From contig CM120647.1 of the NCBI GenBank assembly GCA_051362555.1, positions 20,002,651 through 20,066,650 of the forward strand: a DNA stretch of 64,000 nucleotides. The letters are read 5' to 3'. The translations under genes and the position numbers were made by a program. This DNA comes from Lingula anatina. Taxonomy: Eukaryota > Animalia > Brachiopoda. Each line of letters begins with the position of its first letter. Positions within the stretch are counted from its first letter, which is position 1. A model generated the notes under the pieces. It was given only the letters and a program-made list of their open reading frames with translations, was not told the origin of the DNA and did not search any database. This document shows positions 23,985 to 38,544 of the stretch, piece after piece.

Positions 23985-26727
23985 CATCATAACTTCCCTA
24001 AAATTAGCCGGATCATGCTGAATTTCAAACTTGACCTGCATATTATAAATATTAATCAGTTCTGTAAGTTTCAAGCCAAAAAGTAAAACGGTATTTTACT
24101 TATCGTGTTATCGGTGCTACATAGATGCTGAAAAAAAATTGAAACAAGACAGCACTGTTCTGAAATGGGTTTATTACCATTTTTAAGACTTTTTAAACAT
24201 AAAACAAAATAAACAGTTTACTGCCATTTTTATATGACCAACTAAGAAAATTGATGAGATAGGAAAATACCAATAAGACAGTGTTATACGTCCAATTTCC
24301 TCCATTATGAGATTCTGAACATAGTGGATGATTGAATCTGACAAACTGCAATGATATGTGTTTATTTCCATTTTTGACACTTAATTAAACAATACACGAT
24401 AACAGGTTTACTATCATTTTTACAAAATCAACTAACAATGTTGTAAAGATGCAGGAAATGCCAAACAAACACTTTTCCGTATCTTATTAGTTAAATAATG
24501 AGACTGTTAACATGCCTAAGAATTGAATGTGAGGAAATGTGAAAAAACAGCATAACTTCTAAAATAATGGACCGATTATGCTGATTTTCCAACTCAACCT
24601 TCGTTTTAGTAAGATTGGCCACTCCTATGAGTATTATGACAATTGGCCTATCTGTTTTTCACTTATCGTATTATCAGTGTTGCATATATGCTGAAAAAAG
24701 TGAAAAAAACAGCTTGCTTAACCTCCATAAAAGTGGTCCAATCATGCTGATTTTCAAACTCGACCTGTGTGTTATGAATATTTATCAATTCTGTAAGTTT
24801 CAAGCCAAAGGGTAAAACAGCTTTTCATTTATTGTGTTATCGGTGTTGCAAAAATGCTGGAAAAAAGTGAAAAAAATAGCCTAAATTCAGTAAAAATGAC
24901 CCAATCATGCTGATTTTCAAACTTGACCTGCGTATTATGAATATTCATCAGTTCAGTAAGTTTCAAGCCAAAAGGTAAAATGGTTTTCCATTTATGGTGT
25001 TATCGGTGCTGTATATATGCTGAAAAGAGAGAAAAAAATAGCCTAAATTCACTAAAAATGACACAATCACGCTGATTTTCGAACTTGACCTGCGTATTAT
25101 AAATATTCATCAGTTCTGTAAGTTTCAAGCCAAAAGGTAAAATGGTTTTCCACTTATTGTGTTATCAGTGCTGCATATGTGCTGAAAAAAGTGAAAAAAC
25201 AGCATAAATTCCCTATAAGTGACCCGATCATGCTGATTTTCGAACTTGAACTGCATATTATGAATATTCATCAGTTCTGTAAGTTTCAAGCCAAAAGAAA
25301 AAACAGTTTTCCACTTATCGTGTTATCGGTAAAAGTGCACGGCGACGACGGCAATGACGGCGACGGCGACGACAGACGCAGATGACGGCTATATGTACAG
25401 ACACATCTGTATCTGTACATAAAAAGTGAAAAACAGCATAACTTCCCTAAAAATGACCCGATCATGCTGATTTTCGAACTTGACCTGCGTATTATGAATA
25501 TTCATCAGTTTTGTAAGTTTCAAGGGAAAAGGTAAAATGGTTTTCCACATATCGTGTTATCGGTGCTGCATATATGCTGAAACAAGACAGCACTGTTCTG
25601 CAATGGGTTTACTTCCATTTTTAAAACACTTTTTTAACATCAAACAAAATAAACAGTTTTCTACCATTTGTATATGATCAACTAAGAAAATTGATGAGAT
25701 GGGAAAAATATCAATAGAACAGTGTTAAATGTCCAATTTCCTCCATTCTGAGATAATGAATATAGTAGATGATTGAATCTGACAAACTGCAATGATATTT
25801 GTTTATTTCCATTTTGACACTTTATAACATAATACACAATAACAAGTTTACCATCGTTTTTACATAATCAACTAACAATGTTATTAAGATGCAGGAAATG
25901 TCAAACAAACACTTTTAGGTATCTTATTAGTTCAATAATGAGACTGTTAACATGCCTAACAATTGAATCTGAGGAAATAAGAAAAAACAGCATAACTTCT
26001 AAAAGAATGGCCCGATTATGCTGATTTTGGAACTCAACCTGCGTTTTAGTTAGTTTGACTACTCCTGTGAGTATAATGACAACTGGCCTGTCTGTTTTTC
26101 TTATATTGTGTTATTAGCGTTGCATATATGTTGAAAGAAGTGAAAAAACAGCATAACTTCCCTAAAAATGGCCCGATCATGCTGATTTTCGAACTTTACC
26201 TGTGTATTATGATTATTCATCAGTTCTGTAAGTTTCACGCCAAAAGGTAAAATGGTTTCCATTTATGGTGTTATCGGTGCTGCATATATGCTGAAAAAAG
26301 TGAAAAAATAGCCTAAATTCACTAAAAATGACCCAATCACGCTGATTTTCGAACTTGACCTGCGTATTATAAATATTCATCAGATCTGTAAGTTTCAAGC
26401 CAAAAGGTAAAATGATTTTCCACTTATCGTGTTATCGGTGCTGCATATATGCTGAAAAAAGTGAAAAAACAGCATAAATTCCCTATAAGTGACCCGATCA
26501 TGCTGATTTTCGAACTTGACCTGCGTATTATGAATATTCATCAGTTCTGTAAGTTTCAAGCCAAAAGGTAAAATGGTTTTCCACTTATCGTGTTATCGGT
26601 GCTGCATATATGCTGAAAAAAGTGAAAAAACAGCATAAATTCCCTATAAGTGACCCGATCATGCTGATTTTCGAACTTGACCTGCGTATTATGAATATTC
26701 ACCAGTTCTGTAAGTTTCAAGCCAAAA
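23654..26727 (-). repeat. Nested HINE fragments and 161-bp tandem arrays
   Basis: Unit GCTGAAAAAAGTGAAAAAACAGCAT...TGCATATAT recurs at 26291, 26452 and 26613; another 5' hairpin at 25393-25420. Confidence 0.85.
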
Positions 26728-29700
26728 GAAACAAGGCAGCAAAGCTGTCAAATTTTCAGATTTCAAATTTTCAAACTTTTAATCTTGCTGTATTAACATG
26801 ATATGAATAATCCCAATGTGTTTGAGGATGATAAGGCACTGTTATTCATCTATAGCATTAATGTTGGCATTGCACAATTTTTTTTTTTTTTTTTGTAAAC
26901 TTATTTGCAATATTAAACAACATTTACCTGCATAATTATCACCAATTCCTAATTATGTGACACAGTTAAGAGAGCTTAACCTATAGGACTTGAATGGGAA
27001 ATCTCAACGTGTGTTTTATGTAATCTTATTTAATGGGCACTTGAAAATCAATTAGGCAAGTAATTTTATAGCTCTGAATTTAGCTAGTGATTATCCCAAG
27101 GGACAATTACCACCATCCATAAACAGTAGCCCCATATAGCACTCCATAGAGCTGCATTGCTTCCAAAACAGAAAACAATCACACTGATTTCCAACACAAG
27201 CTACACTTCAGTCCTACGAAACTTTTCAGTAAGTTAGAATATCATAAGTAAAACGGTTTTTCCTTAATGGTCATCCCAGCAGCGATGTCCAAAAAAGTTT
27301 TTTTTTCATCTTTTATGCAATTTAACATAATGCTTAACAGCACAATGGCCATGAATTTTTAATAATAAAGAAAATGTATCATAGCTATTCAAAAGATGCG
27401 ACTAGCAATGGTATTCAAGCCAATGGAAGTTCAAAGACTAAGTCACACCTTGAAAATGTCCATATGTAAAAATTTTAATTGTAACAAAAAACTATATAAT
27501 TTCCAAGAAAGTTAACCGATATAACAGGTTTTCCAACTGAAGCTATAATTTAGTGCTATGCTACATTTCTGTAAGTTTGAGAAGAGTAAGTGACTTGGTT
27601 TTCCTTTAATGGTCACTATGGAGGCATCGTCTAAAATGGGGTTGTCTTCAATTTTGATGCAATATTACATAATGCTTAACAGCATAATGACCATCAATTT
27701 TTAATAATAAAATAAAAGTATCATGGATATTCAGAAAATTTGATATGGAAAGGTCTTCAGGGCCATGGAAGTTCAGAGTCACAACTTCAAAATGCCAAAA
27801 TGTACACAAGACTGAAATGAATTTCTTTCCACTTTCAACACTTTTTTTACATATATCAAAATAATCAATTTATTGTCGTTTTTAAATGATCAACTAAGAA
27901 AGTTGTTGACATAGGAAAAATATCAATAGAACAATTTTAAATGTCCAATTTGTTTCATTCTGAGATTCTGAACATGGTGAATGATTGAATCTGACAAACT
28001 GTAAAGATATGAGTTTATTTCCATTTTTGACACCTAATTACAAAATGCACAATAACAGGTTTACCATCATTTTTATATAATCAACTAACAATATTGTTAA
28101 GATGCAGAAAATGTCAAAAGAACACCTTTACATTACTAATTAGTTCACAAATGAGATTGTTAACATGCCTAAGAATTAAATCCGAGGAACAAAAGACTTA
28201 TATACAAAAAAAGGCACAATTTCACCAAAACTGAACCGATCAAGCTTATTTTCGAACCTCATCTGTATTTTAGTAAATCCGATCACCCCTGTGAATTTCA
28301 AGACGATTGGCCAATTGATTTTCCTTGAAATGTGTTATCGGTGTTGCAATATGCTGAAATAGTGAAAAAAACAGCATTACTTCCATAAAAATGACCCGAT
28401 CAGACTGATTTTCGAACTTGACCTGTGTATTATGAATATTCATCATTTCAGTAACTTATAAGCCAAAAAGTAAAACGATTTTTTCACTTATCGTGTTATC
28501 GGTGCTGCATTTATGCTGAAAAAAATGAAAAAATGGCATAACTTCCACAAACATAGTCCGATCATGCTGATTTTCGAACTTGACCTGCGTATTAAGAATA
28601 TTCATCAGTTCTGTAAGTTTCAAGCCAAAAGGTAAAACCGTTTTTCACTTATAGTGTTATCGGTGTTGCATTTATGCTGAAAAAAAGGAAAAAATGGCAT
28701 AACTTCCACAAATATGGCCCGATCATGCTGATTTTCGAACTTGACCTGCGTATTAAGAATATTCATCAGTTCTGTAAGTTTCAAGCCAAAAGGTAAAACG
28801 GTTTTTCACTTATCGTGTTATCGGTGTTGCATTTATGCTGAAAAAAATGAAAAAATAGCATAACTTCCACAAATATGGCCCGATCATGCTGATTTTCGAA
28901 CTTGACCTGCGTATTATGAATATTCATCAGTTTTGTAAGTTTCAAGCCAAAAAGTAAAATGGTTTTTCACTTATCGTGTTATCGGTGCTGCATATATGCT
29001 GAAAAAAGTGGAAAAAACGCATAAATTCTCTAAAAATGACCCGATCATGCTGATTTTCAAACTTGACTTGCTTATTATCAATATTTATCAGTTCTGTAAG
29101 TTTAAAGCTAAAAGGTACAATGGTTTTTCCACTTATCGTGTTGTTGGTGCTGCATATATGCTGAAAAAATTGAAATAAAAACAGCATAAATTCCCTAAAA
29201 GTGACCCGATCATGCTGATTTTTGAACTTGACCTGCGTATTAAGAATTTTCATCAGTTCTGTAAGTTTCAAGCCAAAAGGTAAAATGGTTTTCCACTTAT
29301 TGTGTTATCGGTGCTGCATATATGTAGAAAAAAGTGAAAAAACAGCATAAATTCCCTAAAAATGACCCGATCATGCTGATTTTCGAACTTGACCTGCGTA
29401 TTAAGAATTTTCATCAGTTTTGTAAGTTTCAAGCCAAAGGGTAAAATGGTTTTCCACTTATTGTGTTATCGGTGCTGCATATATGCTGAAAAAGTGAAAA
29501 AACAAGTAATTTTTTAAAAAATGGCCAGATCATGCTGATTTTCGAACTTGACCTGCATATTATGAATATTTATCAGTTCTGTAGGTTTAAAGCTACAAGG
29601 CAGCAATTGTTGATTATTATTATTGTCCTCTTTGGCCCACTTCTGACAGTTCCTGAAAATTTCAGCAAAATCGGTACATAACTTTTTGAGTTATGTTGAT

Positions 29701-31556
29701 GACAGACAAACAGGGGTGAAAATATAACCTCCTTGGCAGAGGTAAATATAATTCCAAAGAAGCTGCTATTCAAACTTTTAATCTTTGAGTTTATATATAT
29801 ATACAATCATAAGTAACACGGTTTTCCCATAATGGTCATCATGGCAGCAGCACCAAAATTGTGTTTTCTTCTATTTTGATGCAACATTACATACTGCTTA
29901 ACAGCAAAATGACCATCAATTTTTAATAATAAAATATACATGTCATGGATTTTCAGAAAATGTGACTAGTATGGGTCTTCAAGCCCGTGGAGGTTCTAAG
30001 TTGCACCTTGAAATTGCCAATAAGTGAAAAATTAAATTTTCACAAAAAACTGCCAGAGGAATTTACCAAACAGTATGCATTGCCTACTGAGGCTGTATGT
30101 TAGACCCATGTTTCTTTCTTGTAAGTTTGAGAACAGCAAGTGACATGTTTTCCCTTAAATGGTCATCATAGAAGCAGTGCCCTAAATAGGGGTTTCTTCA
30201 AATTTTGATGCAACGTTACATAATGTTTAATAGCATAATAACCATCAAATGTTATTAAAAAAATATTAGTAACATGGACATTCAGAAAACATGACAAACA
30301 AAAGTCTTCAGGCCCATGGAACTTCAAAGTCACATCTTGAAAATGCCAAAATGTAAACAAGACAGCACTGTCCTGAAATGGGTTTATTTCCATTTTTAAC
30401 ACTTTTTTAACATAAAACAAAATAAACATTTTACTGCCATTTTTATAAGACCAACTAAGAAAATTGATGAGATGGGAAAAGTATCAATAGAACAGTGTTA
30501 AATGTCCAATTTCCTCCATTCTGAGATTCTGAACATAGTGGATGATTGAATCTGACAAACTGCAATGATATGAGTTTATTTCCATTTTTGACACTTTATT
30601 ACACAATACATGATAACAAGTTTACCATGTTTTTTACATAATCAACTAACAATGTTTTAAAGATGCAGGAAATATCAAACAAACACTTTAACGCATCTAA
30701 TTAGTTCAATAATGAGACTGTTAACATGCCTAAAAATTGAATCTGAGGAAATGTGAAAAAACAGTATAACTTCTAAAATAATGGCCCGATTATGCTGATT
30801 TTCGAACTAAACCTGCGTTTTAGTAAGATTGACCACTCCTGTGAATATAATGCCAATTGGCCAATCCTTATATTGTGTTATGCTGATTTTCGAACTAAAC
30901 CTGCGTTTTAGTAAGATTGACCACTCCTGTGAATATAATGCCAATTGGCCTTTCTTATATTGTGTTATCAGTGTTGCATTTATATTGAAAAGTGAAAAAA
31001 CAGCATAAATTCCCTCAAAATGGCCCAATCATGCTGATTTTCGAACTTGACCTGCGTATAAAGAATTTTCATCAGTTCTGTAAGTTTCAAGCCAAAAGGT
31101 AAAATGGTTTTCCACTTACTGTGTTATCGGTGCTGCATATATGCTGAAAAAGTGAAAAAACAGCATAAATTCCCTAAAAATGGCCCAATCATGCCGATTT
31201 TCGAACTTGACCTGCATATTATGACTATTCATCAGTTCTGTAAGTTTCAAGTCGAAAGGTACAATGGTTTTCCACTTATCGTGTTATCGGTGCTGCATAT
31301 ATGTTGAAAAAAGTGAAAAAAAAGCATAAATTCCCTAAAAGTGACCCGATAATGCTGATTTTCGAACTTGACCTGCGTATTATGAATATTCATCAGTTCT
31401 GCAAGTTTCAAATCAAAAGGCAAAATGGTTTTCCACTTATCGTGTTATTATCGGTAAAAGTGCACGGCGACGGCGACGACGGCGACGACGGCGACGGCGA
31501 CGACAGACGCAGATGATGGCTATATGTACAGACACATCTGTGTCTGTACATAAAAA
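26728..31556 (-). mobile_element. Helentron/HINE-like element with 161-bp arrays
   Basis: 3' end motif at 26728, array at about 28350-29590 (28516, 28677, 28838, 28999), 5' hairpin at 31524-31551. Confidence 0.75.
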
Positions 31557-33569
31557 TGCCTTTCTTGACATTTAAGTTGGAGTATTTCAAGGAGAAAATA
31601 GGACGTCTAGGACCCCTGACATTCTTTAATAAGTTACACGAACATTGTACATGTGAACTTATTATTAAGTTTGTCCTTACCATTAGACTCCTACAGCGTA
31701 TGTATGACAATGGTGCAAATGATAGTGTCTGCGTTTTACTGTCTTCTCACATTCTCTTCCTCTCTTTAGTTCTCTACTCGATTGGGACTCTTTTCTTCAA
31801 CGCCTTGGGTGCAACTTTTCGAGAAGGAAGGTCATCTTAAAATGGCGTATTATGCAGTTACCTTTTAAATTGTTTGAGTATGTCAGGCATCCCTTTAGAG
31901 CCGTATTGACGCCTTATCAATAATTGTGTCAATGGGTTAAAGTACAAGGGTTAAAGTGAAGGCAGGTGCGCTGGTTTATCTAGTTAGTGGAGACTGTGCG
32001 CATGCGTATGTTAATGCTTTTCTGATAATATTTGTATCATGGGTAGATATTTGTGCGTCTCATATCACACTATTGCGACAAACCTGTGTAATTTGTTTAT
32101 TGGTTGTGGAACCGAAAAGGCACCTGACGACAAATGAATTTATTGTCGTTTAAAGAGTCAACGCAAAATGTGTTAGAGAAGCAATTCAGGTGAGGAAATG
32201 AGTTCATAGCGCGGGGAGTTTGACATGCGCAGATTGTGCATTGCGCAATAGTATAAAAGGAAATGTGAGATGAGCAGATTTCATTCGAGGCTGTTTTCAG
32301 CTTGCTGCGTCAGGTCCAAGTAAATCGCAAATATAAAACAAAGAATATTTTAAATGATATAGAAGTTTGGTCAAGAAAGTACTATATCAGAGAAGGCACA
32401 AAATGGAACAGTTGTAATAAGTTAATTGGAGTATTAAAGGGTATGTGCTTAGAAATAATTATGATTAATGAAGAAAACATAGATCAGTGTAAAATGTACA
32501 AAATTGGTAACAATTAAAAGAAGAGATAGTAGTTGGGATAAGACATTAGAAAATAGTGGTTTCTGATGTACAGTAAATTCTGGGCATTTACACATTCGGT
32601 AATATATTTATAAAAATGAAATAGTTCAAATATGGAACGAAAGAATTTATTGAAATATATAAAAGGTGGTTGAAAAGTGTATAAAAAAAAGGAAAGAAAA
32701 AGAAAAGAAGGGAAAGAAAATAGCAGAAGTAGAGGAAATAAGAGAAGTTTGTAAATGGTTATAGTCGGAGAGTTTGTGAAAGACAGTCAGTGCGTGGTGT
32801 GTACGCATTCTGTAACGCAGCCAAGCAAACAACAGCTCATAGCAAGGGTTAACGAAATAAATGATTTGAATTGGAAACGGTGGTTGGTGTTTTCGTTGCG
32901 AGTTATTAGACAATAAATGATTTATATGCGATTAAGTGAAACGAATAAGTATATAATAATTCTTACAGTTGGGTGATACCTGTATCTTCCATATGCAACG
33001 CCCATGATACAGTTGACAGTTAATTAAATCATAAAGCTTGAAATTATTTCACTACAACAGATAAATTACAACAGTTCATTTTAATGAAGGTATTTTTAAG
33101 TATCGACAAATGGTGTTCGACAAGTTTGGTAACAATTAAATGTTATTCATTTATTTAATATTATGTCAAAGTTGTTACGTTAGATATATTGGTAGCTTTA
33201 AAACAACCGTGTACTGTGGGAATTGGTGCACTTTAACAATCTGAGATAAAGTGACTACCCCACTCCCACTCGCCACTTAAACTGCGACTCAGCAGTAGCT
33301 CTCGGGAGGGGGGTGGTTAAATCAGTTCTGTGTAATCCCTCATCGGTGAACCTGGAGTAAATCTAAGCCCATTGCTTCAGATGCTTGACTTGCATTGCGT
33401 AAGGCAGACAGGGATATACGCAACTCAGCACCTAACTGTGATGTCGCCTCCACTGATATATACAAAATATATGTCAGGGGCTTTCTTTAACAATTATTTT
33501 GCTACTGTCAACATATTATTTCGCTGCAGGGGATTTGAAGCCCTGAAGCCCTGGCAGCGTAAAAGAGGC

Positions 33570-33700
33570 ATTCGTCTCCGGCGCTAGTCTTCCGGCTGCA
33601 TCTTTGTGGATCTATAAGAGCAATACCAGTGTCCTCCATCCTTCTGTAAATTCCGTACACAGTCTGTTCAGACATACCATAAGTGGTGGTCATCTGGGGG
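33570..33700 (-). pseudogene. Possible Tc1 transposase HTH remnant
   Basis: YGMSEQTVYGIYRRMEDTG...RKTSAGDE resembles the Tc1 N-terminus (SxxTVxxIxxRxxETG...RKTS). Confidence 0.4.
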
Positions 33701-34514
33701 GCATCTACTAGTATACCCTTCTCCCTCAGAGTAATATTTTTTTTTTTCTTTCGTCATGTGTGTTCTCCCCTGCCATCACCATGATAGCAAGTTGACAGTT
33801 AATAGAGTGCCAAACATTCAAAGACAGCCTTTGTGGTTTAAAATCCATCGCTGCTTACGCGAGCAATAAACTGGGAATCACTTTTTGCCATGTCACATGG
33901 CACGCTATTCACACAGATGACGCAGTGCTTTTGTCACCCCTCTGTACAAAGTAACTTGTTATTGTGAATATATTAAATGTATTTTTCTAATTCAAGGTGC
34001 AGTTACTTGGTCGAAATCTGTACTCATCGTAATGCATTTGTCCTTTCCTTCTATTTACTCATTGAATATCAACATAAACACGGTAAAATTAAAATTGTAT
34101 AATATTTGAATTTCGCCTGTTGTAATGTATATTGTGATGTACAGGAAACGTTGCTTTAATTCTTAAGGCTGTCTAAATGCCACAATGGGACTGGCAAAAA
34201 TACCTATTCATTTCCAATTATTTATTCAAAACTAAATCACAAATTTTCATTTCGTCACCATGCCCTACTAGTATTGCAGTGCTGTACATGTACGTGGCAA
34301 GAAAGGAGAGTAATCCATTTAAAAAATCAATATTCTCTAAAAAGTACTTTTATGTACTACACGTGTAGGTAGGGCTTTGTCAGATGACATAATTTGGCTG
34401 CTGTCCGGTTCTGGTATTACCTGTATTCCAAAGATTTCCACCTCATCAATATCGCCCTGAAGAAAGGGATAACAGCATCGTTCTCTTTGTCCAGCATTAT
34501 CATTTCTTGAACTA

Positions 34515-34529
34515 TGTAGTGTAGTGTAG

Positions 34530-34569
<40 letters not shown>
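34515..34569. repeat. (GTAGT)n/(GT)n microsatellite
   Basis: Directly visible. Confidence 0.95.
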
Positions 34570-34571
<2 letters not shown>

Positions 34572-36369
34572 CAGAAATCGAAGGAGGGGGTCAGGACCCC
34601 CCATGACACCTGAAATCCGCCACTGTAATTGCTCATGAACTTTGGTGCCTAACGCTTATGTAAACAAGAATTCGTTATTAAGTTTTGAAGTTGTTTTATC
34701 ATTTATGCATATTTCACAGTCATTAGCGAAAGTTGATTTGGGTCCAAAAATACCCACAAGCATAGTAGTTTTACATAATTTTTCGTCCGTGTTTAGTCCG
34801 TGGTTTTTATAAAAATCATAGTCAGATATTAAAAATAATAATGTGTCGTTGACAAGACCCATAACTTTAGGAAACATATTAAAAAAAGTAAAAGAGAAAT
34901 GTATTGATCAGCACTTCATACGTCCTTATTTTATTCCTTTTGTATATCATGCTTTGCATACTCGATTCTTACAATAGCGGGGGGGGAAAGATAAAAATAT
35001 AAGTAACTTCTCATTGTAAATTTTCAATATAGCCTGAGTTAAAATTCTAATAAATAAAGACGTTGTCTTTTAAGATGCCACGAGAATCAAAACACGTGAT
35101 ATGGGCGTGGCAGTTATCAGATTCAATAAAATTGACAAAACAAACCTATTTTATTTTACTGATTCATTAAAAATTAAATCAAATAACACCCAATTCTTTT
35201 CCATCTTGCCATCAAAAGAAATCAAACAATGTGGCATGCGGTGCTTACCTAGGTAAATACGTACGTGTAATAAATGAATGTCATCAATACAGCTGCAACC
35301 TTAGGACTTATAGTTTAATTAGAATGAAATGTTTCATAACATATTTTTATGTATATATTTAAGCATCCAATTGCAACATGGCTAAACTTTAAGTTAAGAA
35401 CACGTTTGAAAATGCAGTGACAATTTGTGGCCACTTTGCTCCTAAAATGATTCAATCGCAGTTTTGGGACTATTCCGCCTATTCCTGTCTTGCGAATTGG
35501 CGTAAAATCAAGTTAAGATTTGTGGAAATGTGATGAGAGAAGGGTCAGAGATATATTAAATGGCAGACTGGCGAGCTAACTGCGAGAGCGACTTAAGTCT
35601 ACCAGAAGATTTTCAAATTCTGCTGAATTGCAGCATATTGAAAACTAGTGCGCATCTAGACCAATTTCTAGTGCGAATATTTTGCGTGCCACGCAACGGG
35701 AACGTGTATTATTTTCTAAGCTACATTCCGTCCTATAGTTTCGCCTTAATCGCTCATAACTTAACCCCAATTCAAAAGGATTCTCTCAGCTTCTCTAGTC
35801 TTGAGTGTCGCTCAATACTGCAGACAGTCTCTTTTGGGCTTAGGCCACACTTTTTTTTATTTTTATGGATGACATCCTCTGGGGACCCCAAAATCGGTGC
35901 GAGCGGGCGAAAAAAAAACAGTCCCCCCCCAAAAAAAAACTGCCTAAGAAACACTAATTTACCACAGAAACACGTATCAAACTAACAACATGTCTTTATC
36001 CATGCTCTCAAAATATTAAAGCATTGTGAATAGGGCCTACTTCGTAGAAAGGTAAAAAGTCATGAATATACAGACTTGACATTTAATATGGAATATTTCA
36101 GTTTCGAAGGTATACCTAGGTAAAAATGCGTTCTTTTTTCAGAAAACTCCGATCTCATATAAAATTTGTGAATGGAGAAGTGTGTAGTCAGGTGTGTCGC
36201 TACCAATTAACTGACTTTCATGTCTGTTGCGCTGCTGCATTATGTAATATGCAGTGATTTAATTGGGTAGTGTTCCTATGGGCTGGTCAAAGATTGGCTT
36301 AGGCAAAGCTTGGTTCTGTCAAAAAAGTATCCATATGTCGGCAACTACTGCACATTACCAGTTTTGCAG

Positions 36370-37380
36370 TGCGTAAGATGAGTCAAGTATTGCATTACAA
36401 ATTTGTGAATCTATGGCAGAATAGCGCGAAAAAGACAGACATTACCAGACAGATCATAGCGCCAAACGTAACGGTCCCCACAGTTTTAAAGAGTAATGCC
36501 CAGACTGATGTACCTACACAGAAGTCACCTCCAATGTATCAAAATCTTACCTACAGGGTAAAGGACCCACTGTATTTCGGGATACGCTGCTGCAACTAAA
36601 CAAAAAAACCTAGTCCGTTCAGAACGAGGGGTAAATTGCCATCAAAGTGCGTTTTTTAAAGCCCTTAGCGAACACCAAACTGGTTTTAGCAGGTAAGAAC
36701 ACCAAACGACCTCCGAGGCACCCACTGTAAACAGCAAAACATCGTCGTCTGTTTCTCTAATGAATTGGGGACCATGACCGTTTCTGGGTAGAACAGTGAA
36801 ACTGCGTGGCTTTCTTTATTGAGGTCAGATTTCACCTGTACTGCCCAATAAGTCAAAACAGAGTTTACAGATATCCAGAAGAGGCCTACGACGAAGCATA
36901 TGCAGAGTCTAAAGTGACAAGGGTGATTGGCAGCGTCAGTATTTGGAGTGGATACCACATTGGTGCCAAAACACCAATGGTAGTCATCGACGAAAACCTG
37001 AACCAGATCAAATTAAGGAATAATCTCGGAACCACGTGACTATCATTTGAAAGGGGGCACTTTAGGAACAATTTTAGGTTGCACGGTGAGGTTGCCGTCT
37101 CACGCAGAGCACTTTTAATAGCAGATAACTAAAAGAACCAAGGGAATGAGCAGCTACCCTGGTCATCAAAATCGCCACATTTGAACCACATAGACAATAT
37201 TTCGGTAGGCCGTTACTCACCGAATCAACTGCCTACATGTCCTACAACAAAACTGGACCACATTGGCCAATTTTAGACCGATGTCTTGAATATTATTCCA
37301 GATTGAACTCTAAAAACCTACCCCAAGGAATGCCTTGCCGCTTGAAAGCGCTGGCAACAGCCAGAAGAGGCCAGGTGTAA
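36370..37380 (+). pseudogene. Degenerate Tc1/mariner transposase
   Basis: AFFIEVRFHL...RVYRYPEEAY...GSVSIWSG...KTPMVVIDENLN and LPWSSKSPHLNHIDNI (Tc1 WPxxSPDLNPIE); catalytic residues decayed. Confidence 0.8.
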
Positions 37381-38027
37381 CAGCGACCATTACTGTGAAT
37401 AGCAACTGACATGAGGGTCTTTTGTGGAGCGTTTGACTCTTTTACAGAGGATAATTTGGAAAATATGGAGGTCCAAAATATCTCTTTTAATGGAAGTCGT
37501 ATGACATAAAATGGGCAATGTGTTTTTGTTTGCTTCTCTGGCGAATTCCATTAATGAATTGATGTTACAATGACATCAAAGAGATAATTTAAAGTTATTA
37601 AAACACGATTTTAATCCTTATTTTCATTTATCAGTCAGCAAAATAGAAAAAAACTGATAAAAAATTACTTGGAAAAAAATATTCCATATTAAATGTCAAG
37701 TCTGTATATGCTGCATATTACCAAATCTATTTAAGGTTATTTCATGCATTCTGTTGGTATAGCAATCAATAAAACAAATATCAAATAAACAGCGTGTCTT
37801 TATTTGTACTCTCAGAAAATTAAAGCATTGTAAACACTTCACAGAATTGTTAAAAAATGAAGCAAAGATAGGCCTATGCTTCCTACTACCAAATCTAAAA
37901 AAGGTAATTTCGGTCGATGCCATTTTGTCTACTTCGACTCACACGTAGCAGCCAACTATCGGGTGGCCTGTCCGACTTTCAGTCCACCAAATACCACGAC
38001 GCTCTTGTCGACCCTTTTTTCGCTACA

Positions 38028-38059
<32 letters not shown>

Positions 38060-38544
38060 AAAAAAACTGGTAGGGGGCCTATTTTCCGGGCGATGATCGC
38101 TGGCCGCGGCCAGCCTTTGGTATAATTGTAAAAGGTTGATATCTCCATGTCCAATATCAATGACAAACCAATCCAAAACGACGGCCACCATTCTCTTTAT
38201 GACTTTAATTGTCATGTATTTTGAAATTAATGCTAGAGATGTATTTGACGGCAAAGCGACCATATTTCCACGTGGCGATAATACGCATGCGCAGAAAGCT
38301 CATTTTCCGCAATTGGAACTACTCGGATGTCTCCGCAGTCGACAATGACAGTATGGAGCTTGCGGAATTTGCCGAGGATTGCCGATTGCGTTTTCCGGCA
38401 AATTCAATAACGACGTTTGCGACAACCGACTTTCTTGGTTTTTTATTTATTTATTTATTTATTTATTTATTATTATTTTTTTTTAGAACAGACGAAAATC
38501 GGTGCGCGCGCAGGATGTCATCCATAAAAATAAAAAAGTGTGGC

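Noticed and set aside
23000-31550. 161-bp arrays as a CRISPR array, or recurring ORFs (MLKKVKKQHKFP...) as a gene family
   Set aside because: No repeat-spacer structure and no cas genes. The ORFs are chance frames in TE-internal tandem repeats.
31681-31836. Exon-like segment with a strong GTAAGG donor on the minus strand
   Set aside because: Stops in the frames tested; it may be a non-coding exon but this cannot be supported without transcripts.
33250-33560. SINE or tRNA-like GC-richer segment
   Set aside because: No convincing A/B boxes or cloverleaf could be identified.
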